Assembly: GCA_028534125.1 (NCBI GenBank)
Contig: CM052818.1
Span: 38,564,001 to 38,628,000 of the forward strand
Reading direction: 5' to 3'
Source of the DNA: Lama glama
Taxonomy: Eukaryota
Length of the DNA: 64,000 nucleotides
The position numbers were made by a program, and so were the translations under genes. The notes below the pieces were generated by a model, which was not told the origin of the DNA, did not search any database, and saw nothing but the letters and a program-made list of their open reading frames with translations. Positions 46,986 through 59,760 of this stretch are shown piece after piece (the stretch's first letter is position 1; the number at the start of each line of letters is the position of its first letter).

Positions 46986-47859
46986 TTCAGTCTTTATTAA
47001 GGTTCTGCTCTGTGATGGGAGATACGGGGTGAACAAGGTGGTTTAGACCATAGTATCCACCTTCTACGAATTCAGTCTCACTTGGGAGATGGCACCTCAA
47101 AAATCAAGAAAAACTAAAGAGCCCCAGGAGGGAGCATGAAGCAGGCAGTGTGGGCAAAGAGGGCGAGCTGAGTTGATGTCAGCCAAAATGAAGACTGATC
47201 CCCCAAAGGGGACACACTGGGAGTAGGGCACAAATTTATACCATCAGTACTACCTTTGGGGCCATCATTCATCCCACTGCTGTTAGCAAGTCTCTTTTAC
47301 TGGTGTTTCTTTTGTTCTGTGTTGTTGTCAAACTGGAATGAGTAGAGCAGGTTTGAAAGGATGGAATGAGTAGAGCAGGATGAAAGCAGGGTTTGGCGTC
47401 CCTAGGTAGGAATGCAGGGGAAAGATCTAGGATGCACTAATTCCCTGCCCACCTTTAATCATTTATTCTTCTCATGGGAGGTTGAGGTTGACCCACCTGA
47501 GGGAGGTGGAACAGCCCAGAGCAGGTATGTGCGATGCAGGGATAAGAGATAACACAAGAGGCCCTGTTTAAGGCATCTGGGGGCTGAAACAGCCCAAGGC
47601 GGGGATCTGAGTTAAATCCCTAGACACTATGGGTTGTCACCCAGCTTGGCCAACAAAGCTCATATGATGAGTCCAAAGCACGTGTACTGGCCCAAGAGTG
47701 AGAAGCAGCCAAAGGCCAGAGATGGGTGGAAACTGCAGTCAAACAAGGGCTCTACCATGAGCAAGGGGAGCAGGGTATGGAGTGCCTGTTTTGCCTTCAC
47801 TAGACTTTAGCCATGTGGTGAGTCAGACTGGTTGTCAAACAGCCTAATCTCTGCTTAAA

Positions 47860-48255
47860 TAACAGCAATGATGGTAAGAACTCATTGTGCCTACAGTGTG
47901 GCGGGCACTCTGCTAAGCACTTTCCATACGTATTTCCTTTACTTCTTTTAACAACCCTGTGAGGGGTTATTATGCCCGTCATACAGATGAGAAAATCGAG
48001 GCTCAGAGAGGGGAAAGTGTTTGTTTACGAGCAAAAGTTAACTCTGATCAATGGCAGTCAGACTCTGTCCTCACAGGAGCTTTCACTGGGGACCCCACAT
48101 AATGCCCACAATGCACCTGTGATGTGGTAGTTCTTTCCCTTTTATTCCCAGTGAGAAGACAGAAGACAAGTGACTTGCCTGAGGGTCAGCGGGTAAGTGG
48201 CAGAATAGGGATTTTAACTCATCTGAAATCCCTAATCTAAGCTCTTTCCACTGCT
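47860..48255 (-). mobile_element. Two MIR SINEs
   Basis: GGCACTCTGCTAAGCACTTT...ACAACCCTGTGAGG...TACAGATGAGAAAATCGAGGCTCAGAGAGG; second copy AAGTGACTTGCCTGAGGGTCA...GTAAGTGGCAGAATAGGGATT. Confidence 0.85.
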
Positions 48256-51200
48256 CCAAAGGCTCTTAGTTGTGGGGTGTCCTCCCCTGCAGACTCAAAT
48301 GGCCTGGTACAAAGTTAAGGAGGAAAAGAATGCAAAACAGAGCTCCTCGTAGCCCCAGCCAGGGGGGAAGAAAGCAGATCGTTAACGGAGGTGAAGGGCA
48401 GGGCAGGGAGCAATGCTAACCATATGCCATCTCCCATTTTTCACTTAAAAAAAGAAAATCACCTTGTCATTTTTTAAAATTACCTGTCCTGAAGAGGGAG
48501 AGGAGCAGGTACTCCAAAGGGCTAGACACCTGCTTTCCTCACCGTCTGCTTCCAATCTGTTATCTGGCCTGGCACATGTCTCCTGTTCCCGGGATGTTTT
48601 AAGTGGCCTTCCTAGCTGGGTCCAAAGAAAACATTCATTTTGATTACAGAAAAGAGGCGCATCTGCTAGCCTGGATTTGTGGGAGAGCCCATAATCCCTG
48701 CATTTTACCTCCTATTAGCCTTCTTCTCCGGGAAAGAAATGTCCTTCTCTTTAAAGTCGAGGCCATAAAATTGTGACAGCTCGCTTGCAAACAGAGCTGA
48801 TTCTGGAACATGAAACAGCCCTTCAGATAAAATATACAACTCAGGTGTGGGAGTGAGAGGGCTGGGGTTTTAAAACTGAATCAGCTGTTAGTTACATTTT
48901 GNNNNNNNNNNNNNNNNNNNNNNNNNNNNNNNNNNNNNNNNNNNNNNNNNNNNNNNNNNNNNNNNNNNNNNNNNNNNNNNNNNNNNNNNNNNNNNNNNNN
49001 NNNNNNNNNNNNNNNNNNNNNNNNNNNNNNNNNNNNNNNNNNNNNNNNNNNNNNNNNNNNNNNNNNNNNNNNNNNNNNNNNTTATGGTTGAGTTGCCTGA
49101 GTGTGCCCTCTGTATAGCAGCAGAAGGGTGGGATGGCAACGCAGCAACCAGCATTATCTCAGAGACGAGGAGACACATGGTGGGGGTGGGGATGGGGGTG
49201 ATGGAGGACACCAGTCAGGCCTCTGAGGTCTGCCATGCAGCACAGCACTTGGGGGACTTCTTTGGCCTGGTGGCAGCCATATGCCTTGGGAATGGGCTAC
49301 GTGTGGGCGGAGGTATAGACGAAAATTCCACCAGCTGTCCTCATCTCCCAGAGGGACCTACTCTGTAGACACTTCCCTTCAACACACTGAGACTGGCTGG
49401 ACTTTGTTCAAGGAGGAGCTATTCTCCCTTGAGCTGAAGAGATCAAGCATGACCCAGGTTGCTAGTATTACTCTAATCTTGGATGAACAATCATCATTTC
49501 TTTTACAAGATACATGATAATCAAATGTCTCATAAATTTCTAAATTTGTACCATTCTTTCCTCCTTCCTCCTGCTTCATTATTTTTGCACGAAACACAAG
49601 CAGTATTGTTATTTTATAAAAGGTCAGGACTTTATCGGGGTTTTGTTTTGTTTTTTGGTGTGTGTGTAATTTTATTAAGGACCACCAGCTCGTATGGTCT
49701 TAGTGCACATTTGGCTTCTTAGGTCTCGTTCATCAGTGATGAGTATTCCTCCAGCTTCTGCTATCCTTCCCCAGAATTTGAGGCAAAACTGCCTTCTGTT
49801 AGAAAGTTCTGCCTTCTATTGGTGTCATATGTGCCTCTCTCCACATCTCCTATCTAGCGAGTCCTACCCGTGCCCTCTGGGACCACACAGCCTGTTTCCT
49901 CTCCTTCTTGCCTTGGAGAGATTTAAGGACCATACCTAGTCCCCCCAAATCATCTTTTCCCAGGCAATATGTCCTGGTGCCCTCCCATGCTCTGACTGAG
50001 AATCCAAATGAGTGCTGGCCAAGTTAAGTCTCTCCCATCTTCCTTGGACTAATAGGTTCTTCTGTCAGTGAGACCACTAAGCCCTTGTCACACATGCCAG
50101 CCATTATGCAGTTACGTAGTCTTGGCAAAGACTGTCTCTGAACTCATGCTTCTGGGCTCCAGGGAGAAATATTTTTTTATCAGTCAGAGGCCTTTCAATT
50201 ACCCAGACATTATAAGAGGTGCAGACATTGAAACCAAAGAAAGAAAGAAAAAGCTTTATACCAAATGGCAAGAGACTGATATTTGTCTTGCCCTTACTTC
50301 CAAAAATGTTTGGTGGTGTCCAATAGCACAAGAAAATGCAATCCAAGTATCAAATATTAAAAATCATTCATGTGGTCTTTGGAGAGACAAATGCCCCATA
50401 TCTCCCCTCAAAGTCCCTATGAGCCCCTCACTTCCTTGCTATGTGATTGGTGCTCAAAGGCCTTCTGAGTGTTAGGAAACTCTTGCCAGACCCCCAAATC
50501 TCAGAGGTCAAAGGAAGCAGGGGAAAAATCAGCTGTGGTCATGGCCTCAGGTCATTTAAGGGAAAAGATGAACAGTTGTTGGCATAAATAATCTCTTTAA
50601 AATACTGATGATTTTACCAAATATGTAGCCTTGGGACCTAAAACTTTCCATTACACCCATGGCAAGACAGAAGGCCCTGGGAAGTTGGGAAGAGCAGAGA
50701 CTCATCCATCAGGCATCTGGGGCCTGGATAATACCACATTTGGGTGCTCAGGGGGCGAAGTCAGTGTGGCCTTTTTGATAAGGTGTCCAGATGATACATG
50801 CACTTTCACCAGCTCCACCTACCTTGTTAAGCTCCTGGGTCTAAATCCTTTTTCCCCCCAAACTGGCTGAGCTTACAGATAGAGTTCCTTAGGAGAGAGA
50901 AGATCTTGTATAGGAAAAGCCTGGAAGCAAAGCTGGGCTATTTCCCATGCTGGCCATCCCCCTATCAGGCATTCCCAGCAAGAACCAGACTATCCAGACT
51001 ATTGGAGGGTGAGGGCTCTGACTCAGGGTGAACAGGGAAGACTTCTTCAAGAAGAGGCCCAAGATGGGAGGCAGGGTGGAAGAGGCAGTGCTTACAGAAT
51101 GGGAACATGGAGAACACTGCCTGTTAGTGGCATATTTGCAGAGGGAGGAATGGACAAATTCACTGTATAAAACTATCTGACAGAAAAAGATATGGGTCCA

Positions 51201-53979
51201 TGTGAACACCTGTGCTTTCCATCGCTAGGCTAACCTCCACAGTGCAGAACTCCCATGCTTAAGAAATCTCTCTGGCCCTTCCAAAGAACTGGAGTCTGTT
51301 TTGATCTCTCCTGCCATGCACCAGGGCTCACACCTGCCCTCCCAGCACGGCACAAGACAGCCCCCTCGGAATGCTTGGCTCTGACTTCTGGGGAAGTAAA
51401 TCCTGGGAGGCATCTCCTTCCAGCTGATATAATCCGAGGACTGGGCTCTTGCCTTAGAGGAAGCAACAGAACTACAGTCCTGTCTCTTGGACTCCAGAAA
51501 CTGCAGCTCTGGTGCTTTGGAGCCCTGACTAAGGTAGCCTCCACCAAAGTCAGATGATTCAGCCAACTCCGAGGGGGAGGGAGAGGTACTCAGGGAAGCT
51601 CTACCCAGAGGACTGGTCAACCACAAGCCTTGCAAAGACAAAGCCTCCTTCCAGTATTGCTTCTGCTTGGAGCTCTACAGCTGACTGTGGATTTCATAGA
51701 CAGCTTGAATGTAAGGGATTTCGGTGGTTCTCTACCGCATGGCTCTGAATCATAGACTGCTGAGCAGGACAGGCTTTTACAGACCATTAAGATTCTTCCC
51801 CTGCCACTGAGCAGGACAGAAGTCCAGTCAAACCTCCCTTATAAATGGGAGCCTTTACCAAAGCAAGGAACTCAGAGAGTAAGAGATGGCTTATGCAGAA
51901 TGTCCCAATGTTCCCACCCTCTCTGAGGCCTCACAGCCTGCCTCATTCAGTCGAAATGCCTCATGCTGCTTGCTGCATGCAGGTCCCCTCAGTGAAGGCA
52001 GAGAGGGCTAGCAAATTCTCATGAGGCGGTCACATGCCTGCACACCCACACACCCACACCCACACAAGCACATCTAGCCCAGTGGGTCTTAAGAGCATTC
52101 CTACTCCCCCAGCTTCCTTTGAGGGAATTTATTCACTTGCTGAGTAAAGCTACTTGATACATTCTATTTATGATGATGTTAACTGAAACAGGGCCAGGCC
52201 TCCCTCCCACAAAAGATTCTGTAACCAATACAGTGTCTGGGAGTCATACCATGTATAGATGTGTAGGGATGTGCGAGCACAGATGAGGGACAGTGGGCAA
52301 CACGACATGAAGTCCTGAGGGAAACTGGGCTCCACATAGATCTTCGGATTGTGTACATCCTGCATGACACGTCCAAGCCAAATTCTAAGGCTCCCACAAC
52401 CTTCAAGAGGGTGTGGGCAACAGGCTGGTGGCACAAGGCCAGGAGGAAGGGAAGTGGGGAAAGTGTCTCCCTGGGGTCTGCCAAGAGTGGCTGCCACCCC
52501 TGGAAGTAACCCACTCATGCTTTGTGGGGCTCAGGATCCTCCTCATCTTATTGTCTCTCTCCTCCAGGGAGAGGCAACCGGCAGCTCTGGACTCCGTGTC
52601 CCATGCAAGGCAGCCTCCTGTGGCACTGTCATCTATGGCAGCCTCCTCACCCCTGATTCAGGTTCGCCCCACCTCGGGCCCCCAGATCTGTCCTCATGAC
52701 CTTTTCTGTAGCCAGGCCATCCCTGATCTGATTTCATGTAGTCAACTTTTTGAAAATAGGTTGTTGCACAGGTAACAAGATCAGAGGTGGGTTTTTTGCT
52801 TGCTTTTATCAAAAAAAAAAAAAAGTAACAGGCATGCATGCTATCATCTGTTTAACATGTGCAGGCCATTAGCTTTCTCATTCTATCCCTTCTCACTAGA
52901 TTTTTTTTTTTGAGATTATCTCTAAACTATGTATGACAACTAATGGAACGTGGAGGGAAGTGTTAGCCTCATAGAAGAAGTGGGGAGAAGTAAATGAGGT
53001 CCTGAATGAGAAGAGTTTTTTAAGTGACCTCGTGCTGAGCGTGCTGAAATTAACAGTTATTCCCACCAGGGTCCTGCAGTCTGAACCACCATGGGCACTC
53101 CTTTCTACCACAAGGGTCTCCTGCCTGGACTTCAAATTCTGCCAGACGAGGTACCTTCTTATCCTGTGAGGCCTTGGGGAAGTCACTGCACCTCACTGGG
53201 GCTGAGCCTCATGAGTTCAATGGAGAGACTCCAGAGCTGTCAAAAAGACAACAACTCCGAGTTCCCGTCCAGACTGATGTTCTAGAAATCACTGGTCTTG
53301 TTTTGCCCATCGATTCCCTGGGGAGGGCGAGGGCTCCTGTTGGTTCTCAGGCTTAGCCAACTGGGTCTTTCACGTGCTTGAGACCAGATCCAGATGGGGC
53401 ACATAACATTCACACAAGTGAAAACAGTCACCTTCCTTGCAGGTTTGGGGCTGCAAAAGGTGAAGGGAACTCCATGAATTCTCTAGTTCATGTTTCACTT
53501 TAGATTAGAAGAAAAACCGCAGAAAAATAAACCGTGTCAATCAGCCCCGCTGTGTAAACAAGTGACTGATGATAACTTATGAGACAGTGTGCGTTTCTTT
53601 ACGGAGTGGCCAGCGACAAAGACCCCAAAACAAACCTTCTCTTCTATGGTCATTTGGAAAAGGAACAAGGGAAGCATTTGTTTTACCTCTGGGAGCTGCT
53701 ACAACCATCCCCTCGCTCCCTGCACAGCCTCTATGCGCATCAAGCCTGAGGCTCTTCTGGTGCGTGCAGCCAGCTCCCCGTCACCAGAGCCTGCAGTGGA
53801 CTGGGGCAGGGCTCCCACCCTCAGAGGCAGGACTGGGATCTCCTCCTTAGGGCCTGCTGGCTCACAAGGCACCTTTGTGCAAATTGGAAAAAGCCGGCCC
53901 CCATCTTTCAGATGCAATTCTGGCTTGGCAGGCAGACAGAGCCTTTGCAAATTAGAAAAAGGTGCCCCTACCTTCAGAT

Positions 53980-54203
53980 CAGTGGTCTGCAAACTTTTTT
54001 TATCGAGGGCCAGAAAGTAAATATTTTAGTCTTTGAGGGCCAAAAGGTCTCTGTCACAACTCCTCAAGTCTGCCATTGTCACACAAAAGCAGCCATAGAC
54101 AACCCATCAACAAGTGGGCAGGGCTGTGTTTCAAAGTGTTCTTATTTATACAAACTGGCAGTGGACGTGATGTGACTCACGGGCTATTGTTTCCCAAACC
54201 CTG
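53980..54203 (+). mobile_element. MER58A (hAT-Charlie MITE)
   Basis: CAGTGGTCTGCAAACTTTTT...GGGCCAGAAAGTAAATATTTTAG...AAAGCAGCCATAGACAA...GTTTCCCAAACCCTG; TSD cttcagat/ctccaggt. Confidence 0.92.
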
Positions 54204-56279
54204 CTCCAGGTGAATGCAGCCCAGCACCAGGGCTTGGTAAATGGGACATTGACTAAAGCTCATCCAATGCTCTTTTGATCCCTTTGACTGGATCCCCTTG
54301 TGCAAAACCTACACAGTCCTATATGGTAGCCCTCCTCTGAGTCCCCATGGTGCTCGGAACCTAAGGGGACAAACTTCTTAGACCTGGAATGGACCACCCC
54401 AGTGAATCTTTCTTAGCATCCTTCATCCCCAACTCTCTCCTGCTCCAATAGCCTCCAGATTTGGGGTTCACACAAGTCAGAATGCCAACTCCCTACAGAC
54501 CCAAAGCCCCTTCCTCATTTCACTGAGTAGCCCCAAGCCAGTGAACTGCACTGGGCATAGCTTTTGAAACCAGACTTCTATTTACTTGAAGAGATAAAGA
54601 CAAGGTCTGTGAAAACAAGGTCAGCAGAGCCAAATCGCAGGGATTCTCAGATGAGCAAAGCTGCCTGTCTCCTTTGTCTCTTCTTTGGCAAAACACCAAT
54701 TAACCAATGAATAATTGGTTGTAGTGGAAGATTAAGACAGTTGGCAGAAACAAGTTATTTCTGGACATTTTCCAGTTTTTTTCCAACCAGTCTTCCAATT
54801 ATAATTAAAATATGACTGTGGCTTCATGCAAACCATGGACAGCCCACAACCTTGCAACATAAGCAAAGTCTACAGAAAACCCATTTCTTCCAGCACCCAA
54901 GAGCAGTGGAGGCAGCGGTTCCCAGGAACACTGGTCTGACTTTAAGTGGAATATTCTGTTATATTACTCACCCTTCATTTGACCTTCATAAATATCAAAA
55001 ACCTTACCATCCTGCATCCTGACATTTAATTCTTTCCTGTCGTCTAATGAGGCCACATTTGGTTAGAAGGTCACTTGTCATTTACAACATCGAGAGAGAC
55101 ATATCATTTTAATGAAGCTCCTAATTCAGAGGGTAATGAAATTGTGGACAAGATTACAACACATGCTGGCCGGGAGACACTGGGGGCCTCGGACATAGCC
55201 AGGCCTTTGTGGGATCACACCAAAAGAATGAAAAACAACCGAGGGAGGCTGGCATTCCTGCGTAAGCTGCAGAGTCTGGCCGATGTCACTCTAAATTCAA
55301 TTATCCAGAAGAAAGTGTGGATTCATGTTAATATATTTTACAAGGTCCTATAATTTATCATCCTTTGTTTTTCTTTATGAATAACAGATTTTCCCTCAGC
55401 TAAAAAGCATTCTGGGGGTTGGTTGGATGGGAGAGAGACCAAGAGCCACTTGCTTTTTCTTCGGTGGAATGGAAGGTTGTACGAATTCTTCTCCCTAAGA
55501 CAGCTTGGCAAGGGTTCAATGGGGAAAACTGCTAGGAAGCCCATGGCAGAGACCTGGATTGCAGATGCACCCACACTTCACAGTGGGAGAGAGAAAAGAG
55601 GCAAGAGGAGCGCCTTGCATAGAAAAATGATGGTTCGCAGTGACACCAAGCCCTGCCCCTGCTCACACAAAGTGAGGACACAGCCTTTCTGAGCAGCAAG
55701 AGGGACTGTCCACACACCACCTAGCATTCAGCCCAGGTAGCTGAGGCTGCATGTAGGGGTAAGGACTGATGACAAGGATATGGGGCTTTGACCTGCTCCG
55801 GGAAGGCAAAACCCTCTCAGATTGCCCGTTCCTGACACACTACTGTATTCAGCCATCATCTCAGAACTCATGTCTCTGGCAGGAACAACTCTTTCCCTAA
55901 AGACCTCTGACATCAGTGCTCCCTGTCACACCCACTCCTCGCCAACACAGATCCAGGGGATGACATTTCACCCTGACCTCCTCACACTCCTGAGGTCAAT
56001 GTTGCCCTCTGGTTTGGCCAGGAGATGAAGCACCATGGTGTAGATGATGCAAATCTGGTCCTGTGGAGGCCTTCGTTCTAGGAGCGTGAAGAGAGGCTGT
56101 CAGCTCTTTTCTCTGGATGAAGACGTGAAAACAGAGGAGAGCGAGCTCCAGAAAGGGGAGGGGATTCTCCCATTTGAGCTGACGGAGGTCTCCTGGGAAG
56201 AAGAAAGGGCTGTACCAGGAAGGGCAGGGGCACACCAGACATACCAAGGGCTGGCCAGGTGAGCTTTTCCCACAGTAAT

Positions 56280-56821
56280 TGGGACACACTGCATTTTCCA
56301 AAGATGAAGGTAACAATTTTTGCCACCCACATGCTTTTCTGCAATGTGCTCTTGGCACACTCCCTTCTCTGCCTTGAATCAAGGAGAGCTCTCCACGGCT
56401 TTGACAGGCAGAATGTGGTGGTGATGGCACCAGTCCAGCTTGGCTTTCCTGCCTTTGGCATGCTGGTCCTTGGGATGCCCCCTCTGGGAAATCAGCCACC
56501 CTGCTGTGAGAAGCCCAAGCCACTTGGAGAGGCCAAATGTAGGTGCTCTGGTAGGATCAACAGCCCTGCTGAGCTCCCAGCTGATGGCCACATCGGCTGC
56601 CCGCCACAGAAATGAGCTGTGTCGGATGTGCGGGCTAGCTGAGACTTTAGACAACGTCAGCCCCAGCCACTGTCTGACTGCAATCACATGAGAGATTCCA
56701 AGGGGGAAACCATCCAGCTGAGCCTGGTCAACCCACAGACTTCGAGAGATAATAATAAATTGTTGTTCTAAGCCACTAAATTTCAGAGTGGTTTGTTGCA
56801 TATCGATAGTTAACCAAAATA
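56280..56821 (+). mobile_element. MLT1G/H-like MaLR LTR
   Basis: CAGCCACCCTGCTGTGAGAAGCCCAAGCCAC, TGACTGCAATCACATGAGAGA, CCAGCTGAGCCTGGTCAACCCACAGA, AATAAATTGTTGTTCTAAGCCACTAAATTT. Confidence 0.88.
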
Positions 56822-57229
56822 TATGGTAGAGTATGAATACTGACCAAGCAGAATGGACGCTGACTGGCAGTACGGCTGGAGCAGGGCCCTTAGAGACCTC
56901 CTGCTGTGCCAGACGTTTACCCTTTAATTCCTGGAGTGTGAGGAAGTCCAGCAATTACTGGGGGAGGGACCAAAGTGGCAGAAGGGCACTCAGGGAGACT
57001 GGGGCCGCACACGTTTCAAGATCTTAACAGTTACAGACATAGTCATGAGCACTAGCCGGCACCATTCCTGGCATTCCCCATCCTGAAATTCATCCCTACA
57101 TCCTTGAGCTGTATCAGATATGGGAATGTAACCTGTGCCACTCCTGGGATCCAAGAGTCTCCTGATAACCCCAGTTTCACATTTTCAGAACCATTTTGTT
57201 TCCATGACTGCATTTGATATTTACGATGG

Positions 57230-57560
57230 TCCTGAGAGGCAGACATCATTGGCTCCCATTTGACAGGTGAGAAAAATCTGTGGTCCAGGGAAATTGAGGA
57301 GGGACAGAGGCAAGCATAGGAAGTATATTGGTCAGGACATTTTATTTCTAGTTCTGGTTCTGACACCACCTGAGTCTGGGACCTTAAGCCATTGCTGTGA
57401 CTTCTCAGCACCTCCCCATCTCTAAAGTGAAAGTAAACAGAAAGATGACTTCTGAGGGCACATCTGCCATTACCACTCTTTGACTTTGTGACTTGCCTGA
57501 GGTCACCTGGAAGGGAACAGCAGAATCAGGACATGGTCTCAAGGCCCTGACTCCTTGCCC
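57230..57560. mobile_element. Cluster of MIR fragments in both orientations
   Basis: CCCATTTGACAGGTGAGAAAA (minus); TTCTAGTTCTGGTTCTGACACC...CCCCATCTCTAAAGTGA (plus); GTGACTTGCCTGAGGTCAC (minus). Confidence 0.65.
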
Positions 57561-58710
57561 AGTGCTCACTGACTGCCTCCACAGCTGTCTTTCTAAGACA
57601 TCTCCATGTCAAGACACAATGGGACAGCCCACCCCTACCCCCAGGCCCAGAACAGGGAACTGTTTCCAGGTCTATACCCAGAGAAGAGTATCTCTGCTTG
57701 TGCCTCCGGCCCCAGGCCTTCTGTCTGGATATTCAAGGACTAAATCTTCAGAGGATGTTTGGGGATCAGGAGAGAGGAGGATGGAGAGAAAGATGAGGTG
57801 GGGGTTCATTGTGAATGCCAGCCAGATCTGCCCAGGCTAGGTCTGAGTAAATCCTGCAGCCACCACACAGGAAGCTGCTAACCAGGGCAGACACTGTCTT
57901 ATTCAGAGGACCAGGGCCCCCAACCTGACCTAGACCTAAGGCAGCATCAGGAGGTGATGGATCTCTCCTGAGATGTGTGGTTTCCAGGAAAGCATTCCAG
58001 AATCTGAAACTGGCTTCAAAGGAATGTGTATCTGCTCACTCCCGCCCTGGCTGGGAACCAGCCCAGGGCACCTTATTCTTATTAAGCTGGAGATGTCTTG
58101 GACACTAAGCTTGAAAAATGCACCGAGGATTCTGACACAGATGGGGAATGGTGTGGCTATGCAGAAAACCCCATTGTTGGCAGCCCTAAACTTTCTCTGA
58201 AAGATTTTTTGGGCAAGTAATTTAACCCCTTTCTCTCTCACATTTTCCAACTTTGGAATGGAAATGAGAAGTTTTCTTTGTCTTATAACCTTCCTATACC
58301 TGTGAGGCTGGATAGAACAGAGTGGGAGCTGAAGCTTCCATTACCTGCTGGAAGGTGCAATATATCAAATACCAGAATCAAATAAGAGGGAGAATCTCCA
58401 AGTAGAGAACAAAGAAGAGGGTCCAAAAAGAGATGTCAGAGCAAAAGAGGCCTGAAGTGAGAATTCAGTTGGAGAATCTGGAAAGATCAGGTTGGAATGA
58501 GCAAATGGATTCGCATATAAACGTGGACGAATTCCTGAGAGGGCATCAGCAACCCCTGACCTCTGTACCCTGAGTGTGTGTGTAGCGAGCAGGGCGAGAA
58601 GGAGGTGGCATCTGGGCCATTAAAGCAACTAGGAAAAGACAGGTTAAGCTTTATTGTTTATTTACTCTCATCTGAACCTGGATGTGAGACTCCCAGTGGG
58701 TGCTCCGTCT

Positions 58711-59130
58711 AGTCATGATTAATTTTAAGTATCTACTTGGCTAGACCACAGTACCCAGATATTTAGTCAAAGCCTAGGCTAGATGTCGCTGTGAAGGTAT
58801 TTTTTTAGATGACATTAACAATAAAATCAGTAGACACTGAGTAAAGCGGACTGCTCTCTCTATAATGTGCGTGGGCCTTGTTCAATCAGTGGAAGGCCTT
58901 AAGAGAAAAAAAGATTGACGTCCCCCAAGAAAGAAATTTTGCTTCCAGACTGCCTTCAGGGCAGCTGCCTTCAGTCTGCAACACTGACTACTCCCCAGGT
59001 CTCGAACCTGTTGGCCAAGCCTGCAGGTTTTGGACTTGCCAACCTCCATAATCACACAAGCCAATTCCTTAAAATAAATCTCTCCATATATCTACCTCTA
59101 CATCTAAATCTGTATCTATAGCTATACATC
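58711..59130 (+). mobile_element. MLT2C-like ERVL LTR
   Basis: ATGATTAATTTTAAGTATCTACTTGGCTAGACCACAGTACCCAGATATTTAGTCAAA...CAATCAGTGGAAGGCCTTAAGAG...CTCCATAATCACACAAGCCAATTCCTTAAAATAAATCTCTC. Confidence 0.9.
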
Positions 59131-59279
59131 AGAGGAAAGTGAAAGAGAATTGATTGGGATGATGTCAGACTGGTGATGAAGTGGTCCATGAGCAGATGAT
59201 GAGAGCTCTGTGGCAGACTTGTTTATCAGCACCTCTGCCTCAGCAAACCCAGAACATGTAGACATTCCTCCAAGGTCTG

Positions 59280-59760
59280 TTCTCTGCCTTCCTCCCTTCT
59301 CACTCTACACATTTTCCCTAGTCGATCTCATCTGCCATCTCTCATTCCTTCAACCATGTCCTCTTCTTGAATGATTCCCAAATCTCTATCACTTGCCTCT
59401 AACCTCTCTACTGAGCTCCAAAACTGTTCCCAATTCCTACTAGAAAACCCACCTGAAAGTACCACTGGTACCTCACACTCAACATATATAAACTGAACTA
59501 ATCATTCCCCACCCACCCCCCAAAAAATCCCTGCTACTCCTCCTGGCGAATAGCATTACCATCTATCCAGTTTCCCAAGCCACTGACATGAGCGTCAAGG
59601 ACAACTCCTCTCGGCACCTCCCTGCCTCCATCCCATAGTCACTAACTCCTGCTGGTGTTGCCTATTAGGACTTTCCCAGTGATAAAGTTACTGTCCTAAT
59701 TCAGCACTCATCTCTGGCCTAACTACTCAAACAACTGGTTTCAGTGTTCACATCCACAAT
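59280..59760 (+). mobile_element. LINE-2 fragment
   Basis: CTTCTCACTCTACAC, ATGATTCCCAAATCTCTATC, CTGAGCTCCA, CCTCACACTCAACAT...AAACTGAACT, ACCATCTATCCAGTTTCCCAAGCC. Confidence 0.85.

Larger units (their letters stand above)
3012..49081. other. Nine N-runs (gaps or masking)
   Basis: 3012-3143, 4238-4554, 11239-11372, 12826-12985, 24548-24678, 25512-25675, 25728-25979, 45657-45785, 48902-49081. Confidence 0.99.

Noticed and set aside
49179-49205. G-quadruplex candidate
   Set aside because: Only three tracts of three or more G; common in this base composition.
2841-49211. ORFs containing long X runs
   Set aside because: Their length is an artefact of translating through N-runs.
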